A stretch of 63,685 nt of DNA, the filler included, from Hyphochytrium catenoides (Eukaryota; Protista; Hyphochytriomycota), in NCBI GenBank assembly GCA_900088475.1. It is 7 parts of 7 records of this genome, joined end to end, with 100 filler letters (N's around TTAATTAATTAA, not from the genome) between each part and the next. Parts side by side here need not be neighbours in the genome. Positions count along the whole stretch, not along the records: positions 20,728 to 27,355 come from FLMG01004675.1; positions 27,456 to 44,364 come from FLMG01003601.1; 5 more parts are not named here. One strand, given 5' to 3'. Below, one piece after another: positions 23,932-35,762 of this stretch. Each line of letters begins with the position of its first letter. Position 1 is the first letter of the stretch. Below the pieces are notes generated by a model. That model searched no databases and was not told the DNA's origin. It was given only the letters and a program-made list of their open reading frames with translations. A program made the position numbers and the translations under genes.

Positions 23932-24952
23932 CGAGAGAGAGAGAGAGAGGGAGAAAGAGAGAAAGAGAGACAGGGAGAGAGACAGACACGCGGGACTAGC
24001 GATCTTTATAGTAAGTCAGGGAGCGCAGACAGAAGTCATGGGCCTTGGAGAGACCAGCGCGACGCGCATCATCGAAGATAAGAGAGAAAGAGAGTGTGTG
24101 GGGTGTGGGAAGAGAGAGAGAAAGAGAGAGAAAGAGAGAGCTATTGCGGCTCTAGAAAGACACAGGTATCATCATCAACATGGCGCGCAGGCGACTCGAC
24201 AAGAGAGAGAGAAAGAGATGCTGCGTGTTTATGCGTCGACCAGATCCCTCTCTCTCTCTCTGTTTCTCTCTCCTTTGCAATGATTTGCATATCTCTCTCT
24301 CCTTGCATCTCGCCCTTCTGCAGACCTCTCTCTCAGTGCCCGTGTGCCGCAATAGAGAAAGAGAGAGAGAGAGGGAGAGAGAGAGAGAAAGACCAGACCT
24401 GATGATGATGAGCATCAAAGGAGCTTGTCAGCGAGTCTCACGCCCTGCCAGTGCCCGCCCTCTCATGCAAAGTCCCAAAAGCTCTGAGAAGAGAAAAAGA
24501 GAGAGAGACACAGAAGAAGAAGAAGAGAAGACAGAAAGAGAGAGAGAGAGAGAAAGTGCGGGGAAAGAGAGAGAGTGCTTGTTGCGGCTGTAGAAAGACA
24601 GAGCTATCATCATCAACATGGCGCGCATGCGACTCGACAAGACGAAGAAAGAGATGATGCGTGTCTATCCACCGGCCATGCTACGGAGGCCAACCAAGCT
24701 TTCCCTCTCTTTCTCTCTCTCTCTCCCTCTCTCTCTCTCTCTTTCTCTCTCTGTCGACCTTCTGTGTGACTCTATGCGCAATGCAGTGTATGGCATGAAG
24801 TGAGCGCAAGAGAGAGAGGCCGAATTCTGATGATGAGCATCAAGGAGCTTTTCATCAACGAGTCTCACGCTTGGTGTCGGGCTAGTCACGAGTCCGAAGA
24901 GCCCGAGAAAAAAAGAGAAAGAGAGAAAGAGAGAGAGTGAGAGAGACGGAGG

Positions 24953-24994
<42 letters not shown>

Positions 24995-25148
24995 CACCAG
25001 AAGAGCACAAAGCAGGACAGTTCTTGATTTTGATGATGACACGCAAGGCGTGGCTGTTTGGCTCCAAGAGTCAGGAAGCATAGACCGTAGAGCTCACGAG
25101 AAAGAGAGAAAGAACGAGGCAGACGGGGCCGATGTTGATTATGTTAGA

Positions 25149-25198
<50 letters not shown>

Positions 25199-26035
25199 AA
25201 CGCATGTCGTCCTGCATCTCTTCCGCCCCTTGGGCCTGACAAGCAATAATGGTCCAAATCATGTTGTTCCCGGTGGCATCTCAAGACAGAGCAGAAGGAC
25301 TAAAAGGCAGTCAGAGAGAGAGAGAGAGAAAGTCTCTACTGTCTTGAACAGAGAGTGTCTCTCTCTCTCTCTCTCTTGGTGAGCTTTACTCTGCCTCCAT
25401 ATATTTATCTCTTAGCTGACGCCGAGGGACATCTTCGTCGGTCTCTGATCTCTCTCTCTCTCTTTCCCTCTTTCAATCTCTCTCTTTTGTCTCCCTCCTG
25501 TCTCTCTCCCTTCGTGGTCAATTGATCTCTCTCTCTTTCTGCTTGTTGTCTTCCAACCTGACATTGCCTTTGAAAGAAGAGAGGAGTCGGTGCTGCGCCG
25601 CCAATTGTGATCTCTCCAGAGACCCAGCAGTAGTGGTCAACGTAGTGAGAAAGGAGAGAGAGAGGGAGAGAGAGACAGAGAGAGAGACGAAGAGAGAGGA
25701 AAGTATTAGGGATCAGAGAAGATCAGAAGTTGCACTACTAGCAGGACCGGGGCGGACCACGCATCTTCTTTATTTTCCATTGTGCGTCCATCCTCTCCTT
25801 GCCCTTACCAGCCCTCAATAACTCTCTCTCTCTCTCTCTCTCTCTTCATCTTTATTTCTCTCTCTCTCTCTCTCTCTATCTCTATCTCTCTCTCTCTTGC
25901 GGGACGACCTGCACCACCGAGGCGCGACCCGACAGTATTTGATAGAAGATAGAAGAATTGAGAAAGAGGACAGCGCTCACTCCAGTCATGCGGCCTATGA
26001 ATACTCGTAGGAGAAAGAAGGGAAGAAAGAAGCAC

Positions 26036-26070
<35 letters not shown>

Positions 26071-26674
26071 TTGATGGGCCTGTCCACCCTCTTCCAGTCT
26101 GCGTTTTCCTGCCTCTCGTGCCCGGAATGTCACGGAGATGTTCAACCCAAAGGACGCGGAAGAAGGCGGATCGACTGTCCCAAGAGACAGGATCTGGATG
26201 GAGAGAGAGAGGGAAAGAGGATCTCTCTCTCTCCGCTTCTCTCTCTGTCTTATTTTCTGCCCAATAGAGTCAACAATAAAAAAGAAAGATATGGCATGAT
26301 AGACTTCTTTATGCAACAGAGACAAGAGAGGAGGGGAAACCAAGAAAGAGAGAGAGAGATGAGGAGAGAGACAAGAGAGAGAGAGAGAGAGAGCGTGGAG
26401 CCACAGAGAAGAGGATCAGTCAAGAGATGGTGCTGCGTTCTCCTTGTTAATCGTCCCGCCATAGAAGACAGAGAAATAACACTGTGCAATGGTCTCCAAA
26501 TCTCTCTCTCTCTCTCTCTCTAGCACAATCTCTGTCTATCGCCTTTTGTCTCTTTTCACTCTTCACTTGTCAATCTCTTCTTCATCACGCTCTCTTGTCA
26601 CATCTTCTCTCTTTCTCCCTCTCTCTTCTCCGTCTTTCCCTCTCTCTTTCTCTCTCTCTTTCTCTCTCTCTCCC

Positions 26675-26708
<34 letters not shown>

Positions 26709-26830
26709 CCTCTTTCTCTCTCTCTTTCTCTCTCTCTCACTCTCTCTCTTCCTTTTCTCTTTTGGTCGTCTTTTCCTCGATCACTTCTTTTTTATTATTC
26801 CTCTCCCTATCTCTCTTTCACACTCTGTCT
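20728..26830. repeat. (GA)n/(TC)n microsatellite-dense region with no recognisable gene
   Basis: Dozens of GA/TC tracts in alternating polarity; the ORFs translate only to ER/LS dipeptide runs. Confidence 0.8.
24144..24870. repeat. Diverged tandem duplication, about 438-bp period
   Basis: ttgcggct.tagaaagaca...atcatcatcaacatggcgcgca.gcgactcgacaaga at 24144 and 24582; ctgatgatga..gagcatcaa.ggagctt...cgagtctcacgc at about 24400 and about 24828. Confidence 0.78.
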
Positions 26831-27355
26831 CAACTCCATCCGAGCCTTTATGAAACGTTTCCTATTCTACGCGACGTAATGATTTCTCTGTCTAGCAGGA
26901 TGGCCTGTCTCTTCGTCACTCTGTTTCTCACGTTCAGCAGCTGATGTCACCCCTTCTACACCTCGCGACCCACCTCTTGCAACCTCTCACCCCACACCCC
27001 GGCTACTACTACCCTAGGCGTTCCCCCCATCGTCCATACCCGATAGTTACTGTATACAAATATGGACCGTGTACCTTCGGCGACACTATGGCGGCGGCCC
27101 CCCCTTTCAGGTCCAGGTGGCCTATAGATAATAGCAGGACGTCGTACCCCCTGTCCCACCTGCGTAGTTGTACATAGTGTGTTGGTCCGTTTAGGGGGAT
27201 GCTAGCTATTTGTATGTAGTACTACGCTGGGATGCTGTGGTGAGGGTATGGAGCGGATCCTTGGCACGTCACCGCGCCGCCCGCTCCGGCTCCCCTGAGA
27301 CCAAAATCTATCACTCAGTGAACTTTCATTGGAGAGGCTCCTCTCTCTCTCTCTC

Positions 27356-27455
27356 NNNNNNNNNNNNNNNNNNNNNNNNNNNNNNNNNNNNNNNNNNNNT
27401 TAATTAATTAANNNNNNNNNNNNNNNNNNNNNNNNNNNNNNNNNNNNNNNNNNNN
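27356..27455. other. Artificial contig-joining linker
   Basis: 44 N + TTAATTAATTAA + 44 N. Confidence 0.97.
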
Positions 27456-28672
27456 CTATCCTCCTGCTCCAGAACACTATTCTTGTTTGCATTGTGCTAG
27501 AGTACCAGTTAGCGGGATTGTCAACCCTAACACCTCATGAGTGCAGCAGCAGTACTTGGCACGCGTATCTTTCAGTGAGAGACGCCGCTATTTGGGGCTA
27601 AGGTAGCTCCTTGAACCCACCAGATATGGTTGTCATGTACTGCAGTACGGCTGGCTCCTTTTTGGGGGATGGGCGTGATAAACCTGCTTTTTCCTGCCTT
27701 ACTCTGGCTATTTCACTTGGCGAATGCTCTATGTCAGTCAAAGCTGATGAAGACCAACAATCTTAGGACACCTTCGGAGCATCTTTGATGCCATGAGAAC
27801 AACTAGTTCTGAAGCTGGTTGATCTGACGAGAGTGCTCGCCTTCGTAATTTTCTGTGAGTTCGCTCTTTCATTTCTATCTTCATCTCATCCTCTCCAAAG
27901 CTTAACACCCCCTGGCTATGATGAAGCTACAGAGATGTGTCACTTTTGAGGTCCAACCTGTGAAACGCAAACTTCTGTCTGCCTTCCTACTGAGCCACCA
28001 ATCAATTGCTTGGAATCACCTTCCAAAGCCTTGCACAATCGCTTTACTTTAGCCTTATGTCAATAGCGTAAGGCGGCTGGATGAAGATATCAAAACCGCA
28101 TAGTTCACCTGATTGCAGCTCGCATGAAGATAAACTATCCATCTTTCGCTCCTATCTGACAGCCAATACGCTTACAACTGTTGCAGCTTTCCCTCTAGGA
28201 AACGCAGGAGTGATGATTTGATCAATGGGAATCTCTCTGAACGTTAGTGAAGAGAAAATTGTCATCCTTGTCCTGACCTGCATTCCTTCTCTTTTATAGT
28301 AGTTTTATTTATAGCCTTGTCTACTGTCTAGCTCGGGAAGGCGGAAGAAGGCTGAGCGCGATGATGAAAAAGTCCGAAATCCAACTCTTATTACCAGTGA
28401 AGATTCAAAACCGAGCTTTTTAATCCTGAGCGCTTGCCTCTTTTGTCTATTAAATATAATGACAAATCTGAAGGGCTGATCCTTCATAACGATCACTTAC
28501 TAGCGAACAATGAGCCAAAGGCTTGCAGAGATGCACATGTTATCAAACCTCAATGTATGGAGCACAAAAGGATAGTAGCAGGCCCCAGTTCCTTCATAGA
28601 ACTCCAGCCCGCGCCTTTTAGGTAGGTATCTTGTGCCTTCTCTTGAAAGAATAAAGTAGAGAAATCAGAACC

Positions 28673-31600
28673 CTATACGTCCACAGCACGGGACTGGCCG
28701 CTCCTTCTTGGGGCTTTAATCCGTAACCTAGCATCCACAATCAGGCAAGCAGCGGCCGCCAGCACACAAAAGAATGACCCGAAGTAGAATGCACCTGGAA
28801 CGAGACAAGACGGACAAGCGTAAGATGGTTGCTGTCCCTCGGATAGCGGGCAGTGTATAATGATTGTAATCACCAAAAAAAGCCCCTGGCAAGGAAGAGA
28901 TAGACCCTTTTACCTCGAAAGCATTGAGGGCCATAGCAGTCTTCTACCCGGGAACCAATGGATTTATCATGATAGAATAGGCCGGTGACTAACGTCGACA
29001 GCACCAGCCCTCCCATGGCCGGGGCAAAGTCCATGGCTCCGTAATTAGCTGCAAAGTGCACAGGTCCAAACAACTCTGCTGTGAGGGCAGGGACCATGGT
29101 GAACGTACAGCCGAAAGCGGCACCACAGAAGGCAATACACGGTGCGAGAGTCCAACTCTGTCCGGCTGAGAGAATGAACAACGCCACAGCCATAATAACG
29201 GCAGATACCGAGAAGAAGCCAAGTCGGTTGAACTGCTTTCTATAAACGTCTGACAGATAGCCTGAACAGAGACGCCCAAAGAAATTGCAGACTCCAAAAA
29301 GCTGAATCAACGCTCCAGGCTTGGTACTCCTGATAAAAGCCGAGGCAAGGGCAGGCGAACAAGAGAGAGAAAGATAGGATGAGGGAGAGACGTCGAAAAC
29401 CAACATGAAAGAATATCTGCTAAGGCTCCACCCTTCCGATTGTCTAGACACCTTACTGAAGCAGTTGTAGTGTCCTTACCTCTTGAAGGCATAGTCTATC
29501 TGAGCGATGTTATTCAAGATAAGCAGGCCAGAGCCCGAACAAGCAAAAAATGCGAAGAAGAGAAGGTAGAACTCCACAGTTCGAAACAACTCGTACAGCT
29601 CCAAATTAACTTCATCATCTTCCTCTGTGTCAGAGTCATCCGAACCCTCAGCAGTTAACTCTGGCAAGTTGGCGCCAACTAAAGTAGATTGACTTGTAGC
29701 GCTAACTACGCTGCAGTCGCTCTCATTGCTGTTGCTTCTAGGACGGCCAGGCGGTCGACGACTTTGAGGGTTGGAAGCCTCCCCGGTGCCAAGCACCACC
29801 TCCGCATAATCCTCGCAGTTCTTCAATGGCTGCGCGGCCCTATCGGAATCTGCAAAAGAGGGTGAGAGAGGGGTTGGCTTCTCGGCATCGTCCATTCTTG
29901 ATGGTTCGTCTCTCCGCACGATTCCTTCCGGCCGCTGTCTCTCTTCCGTATCAGCTTTTCTTTTTCGAGGGCTTGGTGTTGCTTCTTTGCTGGGAAAGCT
30001 TGCCTCATCGCCTTCTGTCGGACCCTTTTCATGGGCTGCGTCGTGCCCCTGCTTCTCAAGAGCACTCGGCTCCTTTTCAAGGTCACCTTCCGCTTCGGAC
30101 TCCTTGGGAGTTGCGGCTGCCTCAAACAGATTCCGAGCAAGAAGGAGGTGAGCTTCTTTTCTTTTTCAAGATGATGTCACAATTGAACCTGGTCGTAAAG
30201 GCAGACAACAAAGCACATCACAGTAGCCGCACGCAGAAACTACCGGTAGGTGTGGCATAACCAGGTCCTTAACAGGAGATAAGCATACCTTTATCCTTGA
30301 TGACAGCAGGAATATTCTCCAGGTCAAGATGCCTGGTGGATACTATCTGAATCTCATTCAGCTTCTTCTGTGTTGCGGACGCCTTCACAGACAGCTGTGC
30401 CCTTCGCGACATCCGAAACACTTTCCTCGTTGTCAGGCAGGGCAAAAGAGTAAGACCGGCCAACATCACAAGGAGGCCGACCGCCATCATGGCATCAGCA
30501 AAGACTGGCGGATCAAAGGCCAAATGTATGAGCATGCAAGTTGTGACATAGACAGCCATGGAAATGATGTAGGCTGACCACCTCCGAAAAACAGTAGAAT
30601 AATCCGGATAAGCCGACGTCGGCTTGACCACTCGGATAGGATACATTGAAAGAAGGGCTATAGAAGGCATGACAATCGTGATCAGCTTCTTATAGCCCCC
30701 TACGCGCCCATCAAAGAAGGCGTCAAATATGAGGGCCCACAGACTGGAGCCCAGTCCGAATGCAGCCTTTATTAGCCCCATCGCCTAGAGTAGAAGATGT
30801 CAACTGACCCATATGCCTAACACAGATGAAGAGGAGAGAATGGAGCGCCCTAACTAAGAGCTCGCAACAATTCTGACGCGGGATAGGGGGAAGGATCAAG
30901 ATGAGATTTTGCTGGAAAGGTAGCTAGTGTGAAAGGGATTGTGGAGCTGAGGTTTAGACCAGTGCCATGGCTAATAGACTGTACTCTCTCTATCGAGCCA
31001 ACCGTACCTTTCCATAATCGTCCGCTGAAAAGTTTCGCACCGTGACTGCGACAGCCGTCACCCCAAGAAAGGCGCACCCAAGGAGGGCGACTGCGAAGAT
31101 AGGCAAGGATTGTGTGATGGTGGAACTATCAGACGAACCTCAGCAGATCACAGAAAACCTGGCAACCTTACCGAAAAGACTTAATGATACAAAGAGGAGG
31201 GGTGGTGCCTCGTCTTCGTGGCCATTCAGTGTGAGTCCAGTAAATATTGCGAAGCCCGTCCCGGAAAGAATGCCTCCCTATTCATCATGACAGCGATCTG
31301 TCAGGTTTTTAGGTTGCAGGAGTCCACACGCATTTATTCCCTACCACTGCGAGAGTCACTCGAGGGCCACGACTCTCATATAGAAGACCTGTATGTAGAG
31401 CAAGACATTACGCTCATGACATCTCTGTCAATAAGGAGAGCGCTACATTGCTAGGGGTCTGACCTCCCAATACCGCCAGGTATTGACCGAATTGACCGAT
31501 ACTGCCTACAGCGTTGATGTCACTCTGCGTATAGCTGCGAAAAGGTCTAAGTGCTTTTGTCGCATATACTTGCTTCTGACGACGCACTTACTTCATTCTC

Positions 31601-31780
31601 TCCTTCAAGTCCTCGGTGATCAACCCAAACGTGTAGCCAATACCTTTAGGCCCGAGCCCGATAGCGTTAGTGCTTGCTTCAGATAAGAATTTTAAAGCTA
31701 CAGTTCTCTGGTAAATTCATACCTAGAGTTAGGGCTAGGCCTATTGCGCCCCCCATGGAAACCCATCTCCTGTCGGGCTC
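28673..31780 (-). CDS. Nodulin-like / NFD4-type major facilitator superfamily transporter (start exon unresolved)
   Basis: Spliced exons read RRWVSMGGAIGLALTLG-IGYTFGLITEDLKERM-YTQSDINAVGSIGQFGQYLAVLGG-LLYESRGPR...VTVRNFSADDYGK-AMGLIKAAFGLGSSLW, then a long loop, then LYELFRTVEFYLLFFAFFACSGSGLLILNNIAQI...CNFFGRLCSGYLSD...ELFGPVHFAANYG...CYGPQCFR. Stop at 28673. Confidence 0.88.
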
Positions 31781-32832
31781 CTGCAGACGTGGGACCCTCA
31801 TCTCTCAATTGTAGCGTTGAGGAAAGGTCCTATCAATCTAGTTATTAGCCTGATGTCCGGACCATAACCGCTAACCCGCCACACTCGGCAGCATGTAGAT
31901 CCCCTAAGAGACTGCTGTTAGCGCTAGAATACAGGGCAAGACCTTCTACGTAAGGCCGATGGGCTGCAATGAAGGAGCGGAGGATCTTTCCGGATCACTG
32001 ACAAAGAGACGAGCTCACGGTGGAGTCTGATGATGAAGCTTCGCTAATGATTTCTTATTACCATAGAAACGCGAGTTCCCAATGCGCAGAGGTTGTAGCA
32101 CTGTCCCCTTCTTCCCTTCCTTTTTGTGCCTTCAATCACCCTCCCCTCACCCTGATGCGAAAATCAAATCTTTGATAATCAATTGTGGGCGAGAAAGGGT
32201 GGAAGTGCTGTAGTCCTCCCCCCGTAGTTTCCTAGTAATAAGAATCAAGTGAGAGAGAGAGGGAAAAGAGTTTGGGCTTCCCTCCACAAGGAAGGAGGAC
32301 GGGAGGAGGAGCCAGAGAAGTGGGTGGTGGGATGGGAGTGGAGTGCGGTGTTCGGATCAGTTGCTTCCTACTCTTTCTCTTAGCTTCAGACCCTTTTCCC
32401 TCTCTTTTTATCTGGAGTGAGGCATATCTCTCTCTCTTGGTGCTGACCAAACATCTTCCTCGTTCTTCTTGCGTATCTCTTATGAAGGGTCTCTCCCCGT
32501 CTGCTGCCTCCTCTCCCTCTCTATCCGCTCAGCTCTCCCTCATCACTCTTCCTCGCCATCCTTGCCATTTCTGTCTGTCATCATATCCTCACTCTGACCT
32601 GTAGGACACACCGAACAATCATCTGCTGAAGTGTTCAAGAAGAGAGGGATTGACTCTTTCGGGTCGCCGATAAGCGAGGAAGGGACAAGACTGAGTCACT
32701 AAAGAGCAAAGTGAAGATCCTCTCAGATCTCAGACACGAGAAAGCGGGCGACAGAGGTCGTTGGAGTCAGCAGCATCGGGGATATCTACTTTGGCTGGCA
32801 GGGTATTAGATTACTTCCCTCGACTGCTCGCC

Positions 32833-34695
32833 ATGGCGACTCCTGACGTGGCGGACCAATGTCGCATTAAGGGTAATGATGCGTTTAAGGCTGCAGATTG
32901 GGACCAAGCTATCGAGTTCTACACTAAGGCTCTGATAGAGCTCCAAATTGATGGCAAGGCTGAGGACAAGCGGATATATTCTAACCGCTCCGCAGCCTAT
33001 GTTAAGAAGGGTCAGGTGCGATACGGCCGCCTAACCATAAAAGGTACTCATAACGCTGACGTTTGCTTTCGCTCAGTACGACCTGGCAATTGCTGATGCC
33101 AATAGGGCCACTGAGATAGACCGGCATTGGGCTAAAGCGTACTATAGAAAAGCTGTAGCACAAGCAGAGCAAGGGAACCATGTGGAGGCTCTGGAAACAT
33201 ATGCTGTGGGTCTAAAGAACTGTCCCGATGATAGCGATCTCCTAGCTGGCATGGAAGAAGTCAAGATGCGGCTGTCGGAACAAGGGCCTGCGCACTCAGC
33301 CCACGCCTATCAGACCAGGAGTAGCCGGCTCTCGCGAGGACTATCGGGAGGAGATGCAAAAGTTGTTAAAGATACGACTTTGTACGACATGTTAGGGGTC
33401 AAGGTGACAGCAAGCGATGCTGCGATCAAGAAGGCATACTATACCAAGGCGAGGCAATGCCATCCGGATAAGAATCCTGACGTAAGTGCCCTCCAAATGC
33501 TTGTCCAAAGCACCACGGCAGAAAAACATTCCACGTCTCCTTGGCACTAATTTACCTGCATGTGTAATCCTCTCAGGACCCCACCGCCACTGAGACGTTC
33601 CAGAAGCTAGGTGAAGCCTATCAGATACTCTCAAACGCTGAGGCTCGCGCCATTTATGATGAGCAAGGGTTAGAAGGAGTCAAGGAAGCGAACTTTGATA
33701 TGGTTGATCCAGGTGCCCTTTTCGCTGCTGTCTTCGGTAGCGATCGCTTCTCCCATCTTATTGGGGAACTAGCAATTGCTTCTCTTGCCTCTCATGTCGA
33801 TGATGAGGGCAATCCTCCCGCTGAGGAAGAGCTAGAAAAGCTTCAAGAGGAGCGTGAATCGAAGCTGGTAGAACAGCTTGTTAAAATCCTTGCCCCATGG
33901 GTGGAAGGGCGACCGGAAGACTTCGAGAAATGGGCGAGAGAAGAGTCCACGGAACTGCTAGACGCAAACTTTGGAGAAGCTATGCTCTCTACCATTGGCT
34001 ATGTGTATGAGACCAAAGCTAGCATACGCCTGGGTAAGGCAGGTCTTCTGGGGATTCCGGGCTTCCTTCGTCAGATTCAGTACAATACCCATAAGTTCAA
34101 CAGCCAGGTCAAGGCTGTAGGGGCAGCGGTAACCGTTATGTCGCAGCAGCAGAAGATAACTAAGACCATGGAAAAGGCCCAACTGGAAGGAAAAGAGCTC
34201 AATGAGGAGGAGCAAGCTAAAATGGCGCAGTCGTTGATGGAGAGCACAGTTCTCGTCATGTGGCAGCTGACAGTGCTTGACATAGAGCAGACCCTGACTA
34301 GCGTATGCTCAAAGGTGCTCAGTGGGGTAGATCTGCCAGCAGACCTTCCTGAAGGCAAGAAGAAGAAGATGCCGTCAATGTTCTCAAAGCTTCTGGGCTC
34401 AGGGCAGCAGAGCAAGGCTAGGAACCCAACCACCAAGCAAGAGATATGCATGGCACGAGCAGAAGGTCTAAAGCGGCTTGGGAAAATCTTTAAAGCGGCG
34501 GCGAAGGAGCACGCCAAGGCCAATCCACATGCATCCATCTTCAACTTCGCCAGGGCACCAAGTGATGAATTCAAAGGCTCCAGTCCTGATGATTCTTCAA
34601 CCTCGTCTGCAAAGGCTGAGACTTCCGCCAGCCCTAGTGGGCCTATTCCGTCTCCTGCAGCCCCGGCCTCCGCGGCCCCTCAGTTTACTAGCTGA
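32833..34695 (+). CDS. TPR (STI1/Hop-like) + DnaJ + DnaJ-X co-chaperone
   Basis: Exons 32833-33015, 33077-33481 and 33577-34695. TPRs: KGNDAF...YSNRSAAY...[10 protein letters not shown]-domain: [12 protein letters not shown]...[24 protein letters not shown]. DnaJ-X region: [17 protein letters not shown]...[13 protein letters not shown]...[14 protein letters not shown]...[12 protein letters not shown]. Confidence 0.93.
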
Positions 34696-35762
34696 CAGTT
34701 GAAGTCAGAAAAAGACATCGCCAGTAATCTTTATTATGGTTTTATAGAAATTGAGAAGAACGCCAACTACTTCCATTGCCTCCTGTGCCTTCGCTTAGAA
34801 TGACAACTTCTGAAATGACAAGTAGTTTTATAGCAGCTGGAAGCCTCACAATCTCTTTATAAATAGGTTCGATAGCATGGAATGCCGCTGCTATTCAAGG
34901 CCAGGAGCTCAACTAAACTAACAAACGAGAACCTTTAGATAGCTTAGCAAACAAAGATAGTAAGGTGCAATAGTTCCCTACAAAGCGAGCAAAATGTTGG
35001 TTGCTTGCTGACTTTCCTGAGTCCATTCCTTGATAAGGGTCAACACTCAGCAAGAGGTCAATTCAGAAGTTCTTCACGATCGTACCATGTCCTACCGTAG
35101 ACCAAGCTTCTCTACAGAGGGAGCCTGGGGAAGGCACAGAAGAGAAGACAACATAATGTCTTGGGGCCAGGAGGCCAAGCAAATGCCTGACAGAGTTCGG
35201 CACCTTCTACAGCATCCATTGGCTTGTCGAGTAAGGAAAGGCGATTTATAGATCCCACATGGAGTGCGTAACTTGCAAGTAAATGACACATTTCTCACTA
35301 CTACCCGCCGGGCCTCTCGCCTTTCAGGCTGGAGCAGTGGAGTCAAGCTGCTGCTGCTGCTGATGAGACGATGTTGATGATGATGATGGGGGAGGTGGGA
35401 GGAGGTAAGCGGCAGCAGCAATGCCAGAAACTGATGTAAGGGAATCAAGCCATGCTGCCTGCTGTTCAGGTCGAGAATGTATGACGCAGAAATCTTTATT
35501 ATTCCTTATCTGTAGGTTAAATATTCTGGAGCATGGAATCTTGGCTGGATGAAGATTGGAAGATCATCCAGATCAGAACTAAACAGGCTCGGACAGTACT
35601 CTTCAGGACTCAAAACACGCTGTCGAAGGCCATCCTAAATAAATAAGGGCAACTTGCATAGATACTGTCAGTCCCATTATTGCCCGCGATATGCCTTCAA
35701 GGGGCATCGGCTCTTTGGTTCTGTTCTGACAGCTTCTTGTCTAGTGGACTGGCAAAAGTCCC

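Noticed and set aside
26945-27340. LTR beginning TGTCAC near the contig end
   Set aside because: Compositionally distinct, but no matching terminus, primer-binding site, polypurine tract or second copy is visible.
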